33,709 nt of DNA from the NCBI GenBank assembly GCA_964350005.1, contig CAYGIK010000003.1:1-33709 (forward strand). Direction: 5' to 3'. The translations under genes were made by a program, and so were the position numbers. Below the pieces are notes generated by a model that was not told the DNA's origin, did not search any database, and saw only the letters and a program-made list of their open reading frames with translations. Shown here piece after piece: positions 33,107 through 33,709 of this stretch (position 1 is its first letter; the number at the start of each line of letters is the position of its first letter). The DNA is from an uncultured Candidatus Saccharibacteria bacterium. Lineage in GTDB: Bacteria; Patescibacteriota; Kazan-3B-28.

Positions 33107-33445
33107 ATGAGAAATTGGTTTCGTACAACAACAGCATTAGTTGCCTCTTCCGCTCTATGGATTCAAGTGGCCATAGCGCAAAGTATAGATTCAATAGAAC
33201 CGATATCCGGCAGTGGCATTGATATAATCGTCAACGCCGTAAAGAGTGTAATCAACTGGATGCTGATGATTGCCGGTGTTTTGGCAGTTGCTTATCTGGT
33301 TTACGCCGGTATCCAGTATATTATCGGGGGTAGCGAAGGCGCTAAAAAAGCAAAGGACCAAATCATTGGTGCCGTCACTGGTATTATTATCATCATCCTG
33401 TCATATGTTATCGTCAACACCGTGATTGGTCTTATGAGCAGCTAA
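33107..33445 (+). CDS. TrbC/VirB2-like mini-pilin with a cleavable signal peptide
   Basis: Signal peptide ...WIQVAIAQS, then AGIQYIIGGSEGAKKAKDQIIGAVTGIIIIILSYVIV, paralogous to 32781-33029. Confidence 0.7.
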   Translation: MRNWFRTTTALVASSALWIQVAIAQSIDSIEPISGSGIDIIVNAVKSVINWMLMIAGVLAVAYLVYAGIQYIIGGSEGAKKAKDQIIGAVTGIIIIILSYVIVNTVIGLMSS

Positions 33446-33466
33446 TTTCCCTTAATCTATATTTTC

Positions 33467-33499
33467 AAAAGACCACTCCTCTCGAGTGGTCTTTTCTTT
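33467..33499 (+). terminator. intrinsic terminator after the second pilin gene
   Basis: AAAAGACCACTC-CTCTC-GAGTGGTCTTTT followed by CTTT. Confidence 0.75.
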
Positions 33500-33500
33500 G

Positions 33501-33709
33501 TAGCCCGTTTTTTGATGAGGGTGGGAGATTTTCCCTGTTTGCTACAGGGGCCCTTCACTCGCCGCATAACGGAAGACAACAAATTTATAAAGCGGTCTCG
33601 TGCACGAACCCTTTGTGCTTCGGAACGTCAGACGTTCCTTCGCATGAGTTCTCATTGACACCCTAGCGCAAATCCAACAGGACAAGCCTGTCGGCTTTTC
33701 GCTGGCGGT
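33501..33709. other. GC-richer, hairpin-dense non-coding segment running off the window end
   Basis: No ORF in the track. Hairpins CCCTGT-N5-ACAGGG, GGAACG-TCAGA-CGTTCC and GCAC-N9-GTGC. I recognise no known RNA family. Confidence 0.3.

Noticed and set aside
33505-33540. Hammerhead-ribozyme-like TTGATGAG string.
   Set aside because: It lacks the conserved C of CUGAUGA, and there is no appropriately placed GAAA plus stem III and cleavage-site context.
33501-33709. tmRNA, RNase P RNA or SRP RNA at the window end.
   Set aside because: None of the conserved cores is present on either strand: GGGG...UUCGAC 5' end and tRNA-like 3' end for tmRNA, GAGGAAAGUCC and ACAGAA.CCGGCUUA for RNase P, and the GGAA/AGCA SRP domain IV loop.

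Overview
The window looks like a chromosomal, mostly housekeeping segment from a small-genome bacterium, probably CPR/Patescibacteria-like. That lineage call is inference from gene content only: rpsF-ssb-rpsR with no rplI after it, tail-extended S6/L19/NusA, SpoIID fused to repeated Ig-like modules, and TrbC/VirB2-like mini-pilins. I call 29 protein genes. The housekeeping set is rpsF, ssb, rpsR, efp, ychF, a yacL-like gene, clpC, nusA, yraN, rnhB, rplS, dnaE, leuS, trpS, comF, a SpoIID-domain gene, hsp20 and galU. The rest are envelope or surface proteins and unknowns. There is one tRNA-Ala(GGC). I see no rRNA, CRISPR array, transposase or integrase. The non-coding DNA is where the unusual signals are. 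(1) The tRNA-Ala is preceded by a second copy of its own 5' 24 nt, interrupted by a 22-nt double mini-hairpin. (2) A ~28-nt motif (AAGATATATCTT palindrome plus TCTAAATTCTTCTACGGGG) directly abuts the start codons of hsp20 and yraN, and a third, inverted copy faces the SpoIID gene. (3) A ~139-nt hairpin with a large central two-sided bubble (6S-RNA-like or MITE-like) lies between two minus-strand genes. (4) Almost every spacer in the rpsF-ychF region is built from tandem 7- or 8-nt words, and arrays of the same kind sit inside leuS. (5) Three GC-richer structured islands stand out in otherwise AT-rich spacers. At gene level the most system-like unit is hsp20-galU-orphan solute-binding protein-pilin, chained by three ATGA stop/start overlaps and followed by a second pilin paralog. 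Other points worth a look are an Arg-type EF-P, a degenerate GHMP-kinase-like protein, a lipase-like hydrolase fused to a beta-propeller, and a 95-nt rplS/rnhB overlap. All product calls come from motif recognition by eye; no searches were run.
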